Source of the DNA: Eledone cirrhosa
Lineage: Eukaryota
Direction of reading: 5' to 3'
Assembly (NCBI GenBank): GCA_964016885.1
Contig: OZ024754.1
Span: 29,326,001 to 29,390,000 of the forward strand
Length of the DNA stretch: 64,000 bases
Positions 62,521-64,000 of the stretch are shown here, piece after piece. Positions within the stretch are counted from its first letter, which is position 1. Each line of letters begins with the position of its first letter. The position numbers and the translations under genes were made by a program. The notes under the pieces were generated by a model, which saw only the letters and a list, made by a program, of their open reading frames with translations, ran no database searches and had not been told where the DNA came from.

Positions 62521-64000
62521 AACAACAAGAAGTAATATCGGCAGATACAAGCCGGAAGCTCCGAAGAATATGGAGTGTACAAAAATATATATAAAAATAT
62601 ATAATAAAAATAATAAAAATATATAATAAAAATTACTAAGGATGTATATAACATTAAGAACCATATTACAAATATAGTCCAAAGCAAAAAAAACCTAGAG
62701 CTAAACAAAGGTGGTTATATATAGCAGGAATTATATATAATACAATGTAATATAATATAATATAATATAATATAATATACCTTTACCAACATTAAAATTA
62801 CAATAATAATCAAAAGGTACAATATGCATATGTATATATGTGCACACACGCACACACACATACACATACAACAATACACACATCCATCCTCAACTACACA
62901 AATTAAACCTTATTAAGAGTTTGAATATAAAAATAAGCATGATAGGAATGAAAATAATAATAATAATATTACTAATACGTCTACCCAATATACATGAGGT
63001 AATAATATGATATAATTATAAGTAGCACATATAATAAATAATAAATAATACAGTTATATGCTATATAATACAATATAATAGGATAGATAATCTCCGGTTA
63101 ATTTACACAAACAATATAGATGTCACAATAATAATATAATAATAATATATTAACATCTACAATATACAATATACTAACATTTATAATAAACAATATAAAG
63201 GTACTCAAGTTAACAAATCAATTCATACTGGGTTACAGAGTAGGTGAGGAAAAATAAATTGTACAATACCTCAAAAAAATTTTGATGGTACAGAAGTTCA
63301 AACATCTTACATGATATATAAAGTTTAACATATCATAATGTTACATATAATTAACGGTAAGTAATAAGGATCAATATTACAATAAAATATACAATATAAT
63401 ATAGTATATTATATAAAATAAATTAATATAATATAATATATAATTACTTATAATTACAAGGTTGGTAGACAGACATGTATATGGATGAGTGAGTAAGTGC
63501 CAGACAGTAAATATAATGCACATTAGTATTACAAATAAAATATAAAATATAATATATAAAATATAGAATAAAGTAAATAAATAGAATCAACCGGAAATTA
63601 AAAAACAAAAACAAACGTATACATTTAGGTCTCACATGCAGTTAAGTAGTTAAGTAAAAACTAAGGAAACAACCCCTGTAAATGACGCAAAAACCCTATT
63701 TGATAAATTAATATTAAAAATATTTAAACTATTCAATAAGGCAGTATAATATTAGCTATAGTTTAAGTCATTAAAGTTTATAAACGTTAATATTTCGTTA
63801 CAAATGTTTACAAAAAGGAATGAAATTTTGTTATTATCATATACATAACGATATCTAAAGAACTGACTTAAGCAGAATTAAGGTAGGCTAATAGGGACAG
63901 AAATGGAGAAATATATGGAGGATGCAAAGGGGCATAAAATATAGTCGATATACTATATTACATAATAGAAAGGAGCGTAAAGGAGGGGGGGGGGTTAAAT

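Overview
Eukaryotic, AT-rich, repeat-dominated DNA with no intact host gene that I can support; the (TA)n/(CA)n density and SINE/retroelement content suggest an invertebrate, plausibly a cephalopod (inference only). Most ORF-track entries are microsatellite artefacts (YI/VC/HT repeats). Real coding remnants: Penelope-like retroelements (PLEs; Naiad-type RT+GIY-YIG at 13.5-15.5 kb, GIY-YIG 3' fragments at 17 and 49.3-50.1 kb, a second PLE type at 6.9-7.3 and 25.8-27.1 kb), a Tx1/L1-like LINE in an (AAT)n tract with an internally deleted ORF2, an R4/Dong-like LINE fragment, and a decayed Helitron. Two tRNA-derived SINE families recur. Between TA tracts lie many short PLE-terminus fragments, often as fold-back inverted repeats, carrying about 27 conventional type I hammerhead ribozyme copies in 12 sequence families by my manual count (three families use a U3-A8 core). 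The most notable signal is a separate family (495-597, 870-973, 3441-3548, plus deleted derivatives) with all hammerhead core elements and covarying stems I and III but in a non-circularly permuted, pseudoknotted order (UH, then GAAA, then CUGANGA). All RNA structures were folded by eye, not computed.
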